A stretch of DNA of 64,000 nucleotides from a virus. Taxonomy: Duplodnaviria > Caudoviricetes. Position 1 is the stretch's first letter. The number at the start of each line of letters is the position of its first letter. The notes beneath the pieces are model-generated. The model was not told the origin of the DNA, made no database searches, and was given only the letters and a program-made list of their open reading frames with translations. Of the stretch, positions 1 through 8,728 are shown piece after piece. A program made the translations under genes and the position numbers. Location: positions 10,641 to 74,640 of the IMG/VR virus record IMGVR_UViG_3300011164_000019; one strand, 5' to 3'.

Positions 1-143
1 CCGTTGCTGTCCCAGCAATACCCACTGGTGTGGTGTTGCTCGATGCTGTCCGCCACCCTGCGAAGTATTTCAGCCACTTCGCATTCTGGATGGTTTTCAA
101 AGGCAGCATTAGAGGTGTTATCAATTTCCAGGGTGAGTCCCAT
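1..143 (-). CDS. Hypothetical phage protein, truncated by the window edge
   Basis: Hand translation MGLTLEIDNTSNAAFENHPECEVAEILRRVADSIE...; GGAG RBS before the ATG at 143; not in the ORF track. Confidence 0.65.
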   Translation of the reverse strand, partial: MGLTLEIDNTSNAAFENHPECEVAEILRRVADSIEQHHTSGYCWDSN

Positions 144-161
144 ATCAAGCTCCTTGAAATG

Positions 162-183
162 AAAAACCCCTCCGAAGAGGGGT
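162..183 (-). terminator. Intrinsic terminator after DNA polymerase
   Basis: ACCCCTC-TTCG-GAGGGGT followed by TTTT on the minus strand. Confidence 0.8.
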
Positions 184-188
184 CTGGT

Positions 189-2882
189 TTATGCCGCTTT
201 CTTGGGTTCCAACTCCCCCAGCGCCTTTTCACATACCTCGCGGATCTGCTCAGGCGTGGCGTCGTTGGGTAGGGTGATGGGGTGTGCCCAGTCCGGGTAG
301 AACAGGTCCAGTGCCGCACCGAGTTTCACGGTGTCGTGCTGGATCTCCGGCAGCTCCTGCCACTGCATCGACTTGATCAGTTCCCGGTTGACCCAGGTGA
401 CCACATCGATCCGATCGCGGATCAGCAGGTAGATGGCGTCGTGGATCAACGCCACTGGCAGAATGTCGTAGCGATAGGGCGAGGCCCAGACCTTCTGCAT
501 GAACTCGACCGCTGCCCGGTTGTTCAGCAAGCCATAGGACTGACCCATGGCATTGCCTGCAGTACGACCTTCTGCTGCTGCCTCGTAGGGCATCTTCGAG
601 CCTTTCCAGATCACCTGCTTGAGCAACGGGGTGCGTACCCGCAGTCCGAATGCCACCTCGACGTAACCGTCTTTGGCAGCCTGCTCCAGCCGTTTGGCCA
701 CGTACTCATCCGACACCTTGTAGAGGTCGTGGTAGTTGGCCTCGATCACCTTGGCCTTGTCCTCTGGCCAGCCCAGGTTGCTCATCATCCCGTGGTAGGT
801 GCCACCGTAGGTGAGAAGGAAGGTCGGAGCCTTGGAGTCCTGGCGTAGATCCGGTGCCAGCTTCTTGATGGAGTTCACCGACGCTGGGTCATCCAGTGCG
901 ATGCGGATGCCACGAGCCAGGAGGTCTTCCTGGAAGTAGTAGGCCGCCCGTAGACAGTGACCGTCGAAGCCCTTGATGTAGACGTTGAGCTTGTTCGGGT
1001 CCTTGGTCGTCAGGGCACTGATGTAGTCCTCCAGCGAGTTGAAGTCAGCACCAGCGAAGATCCAGCCCTTGGGTGCCGAGAAGCAGCCCTTGATCAGCTT
1101 GCCGAACGTGGAACCAGACGGAATCTGCTGCATGTTCGGTTTGCTGGAGCTGAGGCGTCCGGAGACCGTGCCTCCCAGGTTGAAGCCACCGTGCAGCCAG
1201 ATCTTGCCGTCACCCTTGTCCAGTGCTTTTTCAAACGCCGGGATGAATGCCGACAGGATCTTGGTGACCCCGATGTACTCGACCATGGCCTGCAGGAAGG
1301 CTTTGTCCTCTGGTTTGCTGGCATGGTTGACTAGCTTCTCCAGGGTGTCGCCACCGGTAGCCGGTTGCTTGGTGTCTGTCAGGTCCAGAACCGGAAGGCC
1401 CATCTCCTGATACAGCAGACGTTGCAGCTGCGGTCCTGAGTTGGGGTTGAACACCGACTTGGGGAAGAAGGTGCGGTCCTTGGGGAAGATCTTGTCGGGG
1501 TTTTTCGCCTTGCCTCGGCGATCCTCAAAGTCCTTCTCCCAGGCCTCGTGAGTCATCTTCGCTTGCAGGGGAGCGATGAGCGGGTGGCCCATGATGACCT
1601 TGAGGTAACTGGCTTCCAGTCGTTCCAGTTCGGCTTTCGCCTCCTGTACCCGCGACCGCTCCATCGGCATGCCGGACAGCTCCATCTGGATGATGACCTT
1701 CAGGCTCGGCAGCATCAGTGTGTGATACAGCTGTTCCTGCCGGTCGGCCACCATGATGGGGTAGTACTTGGCCTTGACGTAGTTGGTCGACAGGCAGTCC
1801 ACCAGGTTGTACTGCAGCAGCTTGGCTGGCTCGATGGCCAGGACGTTGTTGATCTCCTCCACAGCCCAGTTGCCAGCGAACTCGTGAGCCAATGCTTTCA
1901 GGCCCAGCACGTTACCAGCTGTGCTGTTGGTGGCCAGGTAGGCAATGACCTTGGTGTCGTCGAACGACCGGGTGAGGATATCCAGTCCCAGCAGCAAACC
2001 TTTCTGATCCAGCGGATCTTTCATCCACAGTTCATAGATGATTGATCGCAGGTCATAAGAGGCGTTGTGCCAGGTCAGTTTCCCCTTGTAGCTGGTGAGG
2101 AAGTTAAGCAGCAGCTGCTTGACTGGCTTGTTGTCGCAGCGAATTCCGTGCAGCCCTTTGTTGTGGTCGGGGATCTGTAGCAGATCGAGGATTTTCTCCG
2201 CCTCGTACATCGGCATGTAGTCGACCAGGAATGACACTCCGTTGTGCCGGTCCCAGGCGAAGCCAATCGAAGCAATACCGGCCTCGTTGAAGGCCAGACC
2301 GAAGGCTTCGATATCTGCCGATAGCTCAGGGTACTGATGAAGCGAATCCAGTGCAGCAGCGATCTGCTCATAGGTGGATGGGTACTGAGCTGAGTGAATG
2401 ATGTTGTGGCCCAGCGGTTGGTAGCTGCCTTGCACAGCATCGGCGAGGGTCTGCAACGACATGTCCAGCTTCTGGTACAACTCGGGGTTGTAGACCAGCT
2501 GCTGATAGTTCAGGCCCAACACCACCTGCATGTGCTCGAATCCCTGGATTTTGCAGGGCAGCACATAGCCGTAGTGAGGTTCCGCCTTGGACATTTTGGT
2601 CAGCGTTTTGAAATACGCTGCATCGGTGCAGAACAGGTACTTCACACCGAGGCTGTTCAACGCGACTAGCAGTTTGTCCAGGTAGTCCTTGATGAAGGCT
2701 ACGGGGACCTTGCCGGCCTCGTTGTATTCCAGGGTGAAGCCGATCATGCGGTTGGGGGCTACACCGAGCTTTTGCAACGGCTCGATGTAGTGGTTACGCA
2801 TAGCCATCTCGTTGAAGGCTGCCGCCTTTGTCAGCACGGCAACCTCATAACGTTCGGCCTGCTCGAAGATGATGTGCCTCAT
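189..2882 (-). CDS. N4-like family A DNA polymerase with 3'-5' exonuclease domain
   Basis: 897 aa; ExoI SADIEAF, TVSGRLSSSKPNMQQIP, motif A ADFNSLE, motif B RQDSKAPTFLLTYGG, motif C IHDA. Confidence 0.95.
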   Translation of the reverse strand: MRHIIFEQAERYEVAVLTKAAAFNEMAMRNHYIEPLQKLGVAPNRMIGFTLEYNEAGKVPVAFIKDYLDKLLVALNSLGVKYLFCTDAAYFKTLTKMSKAEPHYGYVLPCKIQGFEHMQVVLGLNYQQLVYNPELYQKLDMSLQTLADAVQGSYQPLGHNIIHSAQYPSTYEQIAAALDSLHQYPELSADIEAFGLAFNEAGIASIGFAWDRHNGVSFLVDYMPMYEAEKILDLLQIPDHNKGLHGIRCDNKPVKQLLLNFLTSYKGKLTWHNASYDLRSIIYELWMKDPLDQKGLLLGLDILTRSFDDTKVIAYLATNSTAGNVLGLKALAHEFAGNWAVEEINNVLAIEPAKLLQYNLVDCLSTNYVKAKYYPIMVADRQEQLYHTLMLPSLKVIIQMELSGMPMERSRVQEAKAELERLEASYLKVIMGHPLIAPLQAKMTHEAWEKDFEDRRGKAKNPDKIFPKDRTFFPKSVFNPNSGPQLQRLLYQEMGLPVLDLTDTKQPATGGDTLEKLVNHASKPEDKAFLQAMVEYIGVTKILSAFIPAFEKALDKGDGKIWLHGGFNLGGTVSGRLSSSKPNMQQIPSGSTFGKLIKGCFSAPKGWIFAGADFNSLEDYISALTTKDPNKLNVYIKGFDGHCLRAAYYFQEDLLARGIRIALDDPASVNSIKKLAPDLRQDSKAPTFLLTYGGTYHGMMSNLGWPEDKAKVIEANYHDLYKVSDEYVAKRLEQAAKDGYVEVAFGLRVRTPLLKQVIWKGSKMPYEAAAEGRTAGNAMGQSYGLLNNRAAVEFMQKVWASPYRYDILPVALIHDAIYLLIRDRIDVVTWVNRELIKSMQWQELPEIQHDTVKLGAALDLFYPDWAHPITLPNDATPEQIREVCEKALGELEPKKAA

Positions 2883-2890
2883 GGCATCTC

Positions 2891-3409
2891 CTACAGCAGC
2901 AGGTTCAGCACCTGTCGCTGTTTCATCAGGTCAATCGAAAGCCGGTTCTTTTCCCTGATTGCCTGAATGTCTTCTTCGGTCAGCTTGACCGTTCGACAAG
3001 GGCAGCTTGCCTGCATGGCTCGGATGGGTCCGTGGATCGACTCCGGCAACAGGCGCAGGTAGTCCTCGAAGGTGTTCGAGGCGTTCAGCACCTGGTTGAC
3101 GAAGCCCATGACGAACGGGACTTCGTTGTCGTTCAGCCGTTTGACTTCAGCCAGGTAGGCCTCCATCTGCGGCTGCAGGCTTGGAACCAGCCGGTTCATC
3201 TTGCGGGGCATCGTTGCCTTGGCGTCGATCACGTAGATCTGGCCACGGTAGGTAAACGATTCGTGGGGGCTGTGCAGACACCGGGAGTTGTCCCGGATGA
3301 TCTGACGCAGCTTCTGGTTGTAGGACCGTTTCACCGGCTCGTAGAGGTGGTTGTAAATCGCATCCTTGAGCTGCTGCTTGGTCCGAGGATCATGCAGGAT
3401 TTCATCCAT
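2891..3409 (-). CDS. Hypothetical protein upstream of DNA polymerase
   Basis: 172-aa ORF; TAATG coupling to the upstream ORF. Confidence 0.8.
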   Translation of the reverse strand: MDEILHDPRTKQQLKDAIYNHLYEPVKRSYNQKLRQIIRDNSRCLHSPHESFTYRGQIYVIDAKATMPRKMNRLVPSLQPQMEAYLAEVKRLNDNEVPFVMGFVNQVLNASNTFEDYLRLLPESIHGPIRAMQASCPCRTVKLTEEDIQAIREKNRLSIDLMKQRQVLNLLL

Positions 3410-3570
3410 TACTTTGCGTCCCCTGGTTTCTTGTAGCCCATGCCTCTGATCAGGTGGAAGCCAGACGGCTGTAGCTTGATCACGCGACCCCAGGTGTCCC
3501 AGGGGCCGTTGATACGCACCACCTGACCTGGCTGAGCCTTGGTCTGGAGCTGATACAGTTGCCCGCTCAT
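3409..3570 (-). CDS. Small hypothetical protein (53 aa)
   Basis: MSGQLYQLQTKAQPGQVVRINGPWDTWGRV...; ATG overlaps the helicase TGA (ATGA), stop overlaps the next ATG. Confidence 0.65.
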   Translation of the reverse strand: MSGQLYQLQTKAQPGQVVRINGPWDTWGRVIKLQPSGFHLIRGMGYKKPGDAK

Positions 3571-4814
3571 ACGAGATCCCCTGTGAAGATCACTTGCTCG
3601 CTGGCTCGACTGATTCCGACGTACATCAGGCGTGCGATCTGGCTGCCCAGGGTGCATTTCTTAATATCGTCGAGGTCGATGAATACCTTGCGGAACGTGC
3701 TGCCCTGGCTCTTGTTGATGGTGCAGGCGAAGGCAGCTCGCAGGTCGATCCAGTTGTTGTTGATTTCGTACAGCACCGTGGCATTGCCTTCGGCTTCTGC
3801 CTGTCGGATCAGTGCCTTCTTCTCGGTCAGGGAGTCGGGCATGAACTTGACCACGGCGTTGTCCACCGTGAAGTACTTGCCGGCCAGGCCGTGCTCGTAC
3901 GAGGGTTCACTGATATCGGTGATCTGCACCAGCTGATCGGTCTTGATGCTGTAGCCCTTGCTCCCAACGAAGTGGTTGCACACGGCGTAGTCACCGATCT
4001 GGAAGTCAGGATCTCCCTGCACGTACTCACGGATGCCCCGGTTGTATGCCACCACGCACTTGTTGGTCCAAGCCAGGACCTTGGAGTCGTGGTAGTGCCA
4101 GTCAGGGCGTCCGAACTCAGCCAGGATGGCCTGATCGAAGTCCTCCCGCTTCAGGTGCTGGATGAAGTGACCATCCGGCTGGAAGCTGAAGAACTCTCCC
4201 GAGGAGACCGTCTCGCGGAACTTGGTGGACAGCTCGATGATCGGGTTGCCTTCAGCCTGGCGAACCACCTTGGATAGGTGAGCGCCCTCGAAGCCACGGT
4301 GGAAGACCGGAGGTACATCACAACCCACAGTGAGCAGCTGGGCCGGATCACCGATGAAGACAATCTTGCAGCGTTCGGTACGCTTGAAGATGTGGCGTAG
4401 CAGTGCGTCATCGACGAAGCTGGCTTCATCCACGAACAGCACGGTGTCGCGGATGCAGTCAGCACCCTGACGCACCACCAACGTGCTCTTGTTGGTCTTG
4501 TAGTCGGTATGCACACGCAGCCCCAGGGCCGAGTGAATGGTGACCACCTCACGGCGGGTGATGAATTGCAGTGCCTCGCATGCCTTGTTGGTAGTCGCCG
4601 TGAGCTTCACATCGAAGGCGGGGTAGGTGGGGTTGATCAACCGGGCCATCTTGAAGAGGTTGTCGATCTCTCCCAGCAGTGTGCGAACCAGGGTGCTCTT
4701 GCCGGTGCCGCTATACCCTGCCAGGACGAACACAGACTTACTGGGGTCCAACAGAAAACCGGAGAAGGCCTCGTAGCCTGCTTGTTGATCGGGTGACAGG
4801 GTAAGTGCGTTCAT
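3567..4814 (-). CDS. SF1B (Dda/RecD-like) DNA helicase
   Basis: Walker A GYSGTGKST, DEAS, GDPAQL, TINKSQG, YVGISRA motifs. Confidence 0.93.
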   Translation of the reverse strand: MNALTLSPDQQAGYEAFSGFLLDPSKSVFVLAGYSGTGKSTLVRTLLGEIDNLFKMARLINPTYPAFDVKLTATTNKACEALQFITRREVVTIHSALGLRVHTDYKTNKSTLVVRQGADCIRDTVLFVDEASFVDDALLRHIFKRTERCKIVFIGDPAQLLTVGCDVPPVFHRGFEGAHLSKVVRQAEGNPIIELSTKFRETVSSGEFFSFQPDGHFIQHLKREDFDQAILAEFGRPDWHYHDSKVLAWTNKCVVAYNRGIREYVQGDPDFQIGDYAVCNHFVGSKGYSIKTDQLVQITDISEPSYEHGLAGKYFTVDNAVVKFMPDSLTEKKALIRQAEAEGNATVLYEINNNWIDLRAAFACTINKSQGSTFRKVFIDLDDIKKCTLGSQIARLMYVGISRASEQVIFTGDLV

Positions 4815-5137
4815 GCTTCTTCCTTGGGTGATTGGATTGGTTCCAGTGAATTAACATTGTCGAGAGAAACCCCCATCAGTTGAGCAACTTTGTGACGGTG
4901 GTACTCGTGCTCCGAGATAACTCGGAACTCTATGGATGACATGTCAAAACCTTTAATTACAGGCGGTCTTGAATAAGGGGCTTCAAGAGTCTCTGCCTTT
5001 TCTAGGCTAGATACGAATAACATACCTTCGTTGTAGGGCAGCAGGATTTGGTAGTTATAACTCAGATTGATAACCAGGTAGTTGCTGTTGCGCTTACCTA
5101 CGGCCTTAACTTGTTTGAGTGCTTCAGCAACTTCCAT
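4811..5137 (-). CDS. Hypothetical protein
   Basis: 108-aa ORF, ATGA-coupled to the helicase. Confidence 0.7.
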   Translation of the reverse strand: MEVAEALKQVKAVGKRNSNYLVINLSYNYQILLPYNEGMLFVSSLEKAETLEAPYSRPPVIKGFDMSSIEFRVISEHEYHRHKVAQLMGVSLDNVNSLEPIQSPKEEA

Positions 5138-5145
5138 GGTTCACC

Positions 5146-6252
5146 TCAGATGTTGTAGTGGATAACTTTCCCGTAGGGCGCAGTGAACTTCTTGTTATTG
5201 TGGATGACCCACAATACAGGACACTTCGGTGCTGGCATTACATGCCTGAACTCACCGTCACTGAATACCAAGAGTGCAACTGGTTTGTTGTCTCTGGCCC
5301 ACTGGATTACTTCTGAAACATTCGTACCACCACGTCCGTGGAACGTGACCTGTTGCAAGTCAGATACACTCTTGAGTACATCCTTCTTGTGGATGCGTGT
5401 ATCAAACTGCAACAGAGTTATTTGCGATGGCTTCAGCTTTTTCATAATCCCATTTACTTCACTGATGAAGCGACGGAAGTCTGAGTTGCTGACTGAGCCT
5501 GAAGTATCAACAGCAACGGCTATTTCACCGAGGGTAATGCCGTAGAGAGTTGGGAGAATGTGTTCAGGCATGAAACGGCGATTGGGCCGCTTCCAGGTGT
5601 AGTCCGTCTTGGCGAACTGATTGAAGAACTTCCGCAGTAACTTGTCCCACGGAAGAATCGGGTTGAGGTATTCATCCAGGAAGATCTGGATATCACCTGG
5701 AATGGTGCCTGGCTTGTCACCGCTCATGGCTGACTGCGTGGCAGCCCGCATGACGATATCGGTGATGTGCTGCTCGGCCTGTTTCTGCTGCTCAGGAGAT
5801 TGAGGGCCTGGTGGCAGATCCTGCATGCGAGGCTGACCTGGATTGTCAGGCAGCAGGTCATACACCTGCAGCGTGCTCATGCCCTTGAACTGGGAGTCCT
5901 TGAGGACCCAATCAGGCATCTTGAAGCCACGCTCCAGCAGCATCAGGTTGATGACGTGATCGCCAGCGATGTTCCACTTGTCCGGGCAACGATCGCCACG
6001 ACGCACGGTGTGCATCAGGGCAGGGTGCATGCACTCATGCACCAGCACGAAGATCCGCTCTTCTTCGGAGAGTGAGAGGAAGAATTGGGGGTTGATGCCG
6101 ATGGTTGTGTCGTTCACATACGCATTCGGCTGAGTATCGTCAAAGACAATACGGAACGAAAAACAGAGGGTGGTGAAGAAAGCACTATCAGGCTTACTCA
6201 TAAGGCCGATCTTGGCTTTGTCGAGAGCCTTATTGGCATCTTGCAATGACAT
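5146..6252 (-). CDS. vWA-domain protein with N-terminal HExxH metallopeptidase-like domain (DUF2201-type; N4 gp25-like)
   Basis: HECMH motif; MIDAS DTSGS...GGT...SDG; start placed at ATG 6252 behind an AAGGAAG RBS. Confidence 0.9.
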   Translation of the reverse strand: MSLQDANKALDKAKIGLMSKPDSAFFTTLCFSFRIVFDDTQPNAYVNDTTIGINPQFFLSLSEEERIFVLVHECMHPALMHTVRRGDRCPDKWNIAGDHVINLMLLERGFKMPDWVLKDSQFKGMSTLQVYDLLPDNPGQPRMQDLPPGPQSPEQQKQAEQHITDIVMRAATQSAMSGDKPGTIPGDIQIFLDEYLNPILPWDKLLRKFFNQFAKTDYTWKRPNRRFMPEHILPTLYGITLGEIAVAVDTSGSVSNSDFRRFISEVNGIMKKLKPSQITLLQFDTRIHKKDVLKSVSDLQQVTFHGRGGTNVSEVIQWARDNKPVALLVFSDGEFRHVMPAPKCPVLWVIHNNKKFTAPYGKVIHYNI

Positions 6253-6298
6253 GGTGAACTTCCTTTGAAGTTGATAGTTGCAACTGACCGGACAATAA

Positions 6299-6339
6299 AA
6301 GTCCAACTTGCAGGCGTAACTATCCTGCAAATTGAACTT
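6299..6339 (-). terminator. 16-bp stem-loop, terminator-like or RNase III-like site
   Basis: AAGUUCAAUUUGCAGG-AUAGUUACG-CCUGCAAGUUGGACUU (2 G-U pairs) followed by UUAUUG. Confidence 0.5.
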
Positions 6340-6355
6340 CTAAAGTGTGCTGGGG

Positions 6356-6478
6356 TTACTTACGATTCCGACGAATCTCGGAACACTTCCTGTGACTGAT
6401 AGGGGAACTTCCCCCCCGGTGCCTTCCGCAAATATCGCAAGTGCTGCGCAATGTATCTTCCAGTGATTTGCTTCGCAA
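6356..6478 (-). CDS. Small Cys/His-containing protein (CDIC...H..C), start uncertain
   Basis: (M)RSKSLEDTLRSTCDICGRHRGGSSPISHRKCSEIRRNRK from TTG 6478; a competing ATG frame spans 6360-6494. Confidence 0.4.
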   Translation of the reverse strand: MRSKSLEDTLRSTCDICGRHRGGSSPISHRKCSEIRRNRK

Positions 6479-6503
6479 AGTACTGGGTTTCCATTGCGCC
6501 TTA

Positions 6504-6680
6504 CTACTCACTGACAACTTCCGATTTTTTCTTGTTCTTGATGTTATCCCGTTGGATCTCAATTTCTTTCGGGGCATCAATACCAATACGGGTTTGACCG
6601 TTCTGGGTACCAAGAATACGGACAACAATGTTGTCACCAATGTGGACTGCTTCACCTGCCTTGCGGGTAATTACTAGCAT
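6504..6680 (-). CDS. csrA: CsrA/RsmA-family RNA-binding translational regulator (58 aa)
   Basis: Hand translation MLVITRKAGEAVHIGDNIVVRILGTQNGQTRIGIDAPKEIEIQRDNIKNKKKSEVVSE; aligns without gaps to CsrA (MLILTRRVGE..IGD.......G....RIG..APKE...HRE); AAAGGAAG RBS; below the ORF-track length cutoff. Confidence 0.92.
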   Translation of the reverse strand: MLVITRKAGEAVHIGDNIVVRILGTQNGQTRIGIDAPKEIEIQRDNIKNKKKSEVVSE

Positions 6681-6766
6681 TACTACTTCCTTTCTACTAC
6701 TTGGATTGAATTAAGTGTTTGCACTTAGGCATCGCTATTCCGTCTGATTATTCAGCGGAACAGTCG

Positions 6767-7261
6767 TTATGTGTTGAGAGCCAACTGGGCTGTATTACCA
6801 GCGATCAGTTGTTTGGTGCGGTACATCTTTCCATACTCAACCTGGTTGTCCCAGGACGGTGGATCGACGGCCTCGTGGTGCCGCTTCAGAAGATCCTTTA
6901 CGGCATCCAGCGAGTTGTGTTCTTCAATGACCTTTTCCAGGACCGAGGGGTGGATGTAGTAATCACTTCCATTAATGGTCTTGAGTGTAAGGTCGCCGGT
7001 TTCGGTGAAACGACAGTACTGCACACCCTCTTCATATTCGGAGCCTTTGGCCCAGTCCATGTCGTAGGGGATGCCGGCTGACTGCAGCTCCTTGATGCAG
7101 TCCAGCTCTCCGTAGTTCACTTCTTCGAAACCCATGTAGTGAACTTCGTCGTTAAGGATGTCCTCCTCGTTGGGTTCCCCGTCATGCTTGATGGCGATTT
7201 CCTTGGCCTGCTCGAACAGCTCGGCAGGCACATAGAGGTACACGTAAGTACGATCGCCCAT
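6767..7261 (-). CDS. Hypothetical protein
   Basis: 164-aa acidic ORF starting 1 nt after the AAA ATPase stop. Confidence 0.8.
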   Translation of the reverse strand: MGDRTYVYLYVPAELFEQAKEIAIKHDGEPNEEDILNDEVHYMGFEEVNYGELDCIKELQSAGIPYDMDWAKGSEYEEGVQYCRFTETGDLTLKTINGSDYYIHPSVLEKVIEEHNSLDAVKDLLKRHHEAVDPPSWDNQVEYGKMYRTKQLIAGNTAQLALNT

Positions 7262-7262
7262 G

Positions 7263-8276
7263 TCAGAACAACTCTTTGGCGTTCTTGGTGATCCATGCCT
7301 GGATGGACTTGTGGTTCATCAGGGCAGGGCTGCGCCGCACCATTTCACGCAGGGTGACGACCTGGAACTCGATCGGCAGACGGGACACGAAGTCCATCAG
7401 TGGACCCGCGTTCTCATCGTTGGCGTTGTGGGCGATCGAGCCGGTCAGAGCAAACAGAATGCTCGGTTCCTGAGGCACCGGCAGGGTGGTGGCCTGTTCC
7501 ATCATCTGGTTCATGGTAGGCAGCCGGGAGTAGATCTCGGTGAAGGTACGGAACTCGCGTGCCACGCCTTCAGAGATGGTGCCAGCCAGCAGAGGAATGT
7601 CCTCGATACCGATCTGCTTGCCTTTGACCAGACGGTTGGCGAACTCCCAGGTACGGGGACTGGCATAGGTGCAGTCGGTGTGATCGGGACTGAAGGTGTA
7701 CAGCATGCCTGGCTTGAACTTGACGAAGCTGGTGATGCGGTGGTCGATACCATTCTTCATGGCCCAGCCTTCGCACCAGTCGATGTGATCCACTGTGACT
7801 TCCATATGGATCAGGCGAGATTCCAGAGCCGTGCTCATCTCTTCGACGATGGCTCCGTCTGTCTCCAGGTTACCTGCACAGACGATGGCGACCTTCTTGT
7901 GCAGATGGTGAGTGCCGACCATGCGATCCAGCACGAGCTTGTAGGCAGCAGCCTGCACGCCACGCGGAGCACTGGTGAACTCATCCATGAACAACAACCA
8001 GCCTTCGTAGCCCTTTGGAACCTCATCCCCTTCGATGGGGAAGGTTTCCATGGGCACGTAGCGGCCACGTCCATTGGCAGTGTTGGGGAAGCCCAGCAGA
8101 TCGGTTGGGTCGCACTGAGCAAGGCGTAGGTCGATGACCTTGAGGCCGTATTCCTTGGCGATCTGGTGAACGATGGAAGACTTGCCCACAGCAGGGCTGC
8201 CCTTGACGATCGGGACCAGGCCGACCTTGATGCACTGCACGATCATGTCGTGTGCTTGGCTGAGTTTGACTTTCAT
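7263..8276 (-). CDS. MoxR-like AAA+ ATPase (N4 gp24-like)
   Basis: Walker A GSPAVGKS, Walker B LFMDE, AGN, ALESR; lies near the vWA partner gene. Confidence 0.9.
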   Translation of the reverse strand: MKVKLSQAHDMIVQCIKVGLVPIVKGSPAVGKSSIVHQIAKEYGLKVIDLRLAQCDPTDLLGFPNTANGRGRYVPMETFPIEGDEVPKGYEGWLLFMDEFTSAPRGVQAAAYKLVLDRMVGTHHLHKKVAIVCAGNLETDGAIVEEMSTALESRLIHMEVTVDHIDWCEGWAMKNGIDHRITSFVKFKPGMLYTFSPDHTDCTYASPRTWEFANRLVKGKQIGIEDIPLLAGTISEGVAREFRTFTEIYSRLPTMNQMMEQATTLPVPQEPSILFALTGSIAHNANDENAGPLMDFVSRLPIEFQVVTLREMVRRSPALMNHKSIQAWITKNAKELF

Positions 8277-8279
8277 GGA

Positions 8280-8498
8280 TCAATTCCTTTGTTGGGTGTG
8301 CGCGACCTGCTCGGTCTCGACGGTTTTACATTCGTAGCGAATGAATTGATTGGGCAGGACGCTGGCTTCGGCCAGATCACGCTCGACGGTGCAATAGATG
8401 GGTGCAGCAGCACCGGTCCAGCGGCCTTCTTGCCAGACGGAACAGCTGTCCCTCGCTGCGCTTGTGCATACGTAGGCGAGCAGAAGAGTGATGGTCAT
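8280..8498 (-). CDS. Small hypothetical protein, Cys-containing
   Basis: MTITLLLAYVCTSAARDSC...; ATG overlaps the upstream TGA. Confidence 0.6.
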   Translation of the reverse strand: MTITLLLAYVCTSAARDSCSVWQEGRWTGAAAPIYCTVERDLAEASVLPNQFIRYECKTVETEQVAHTQQRN

Positions 8499-8713
8499 TG
8501 GTAGGTCGCCTTCTGTATGTTGAACATCGCGCCGTTTGTGCAATAGATCGTTAGGCGGAACTCTCCAACAGCGATCTGATCCAGTCCGTTGTTATCTATG
8601 CAGAACTCTTCGGCTGTTTTTACATCAGCCAAGTCGAGGGTCTTTTCCACAGTTAGGTGGGTGAAGAAGGCAGCCATAACGATTGCTACAACTGCGGTGA
8701 AGAATCCGCTCAT
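8495..8713 (-). CDS. Small membrane-anchored protein
   Basis: N-terminal hydrophobic helix, then C..NNG...C.NG. Confidence 0.7.
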   Translation of the reverse strand: MSGFFTAVVAIVMAAFFTHLTVEKTLDLADVKTAEEFCIDNNGLDQIAVGEFRLTIYCTNGAMFNIQKATYQ

Positions 8714-8728
8714 GACTTAATTCCTGGA

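Noticed and set aside
6356-6655. 99-aa ORF in the track
   Set aside because: Its 5' half overlaps the clearly recognisable csrA in another frame; only the 3' part may be coding
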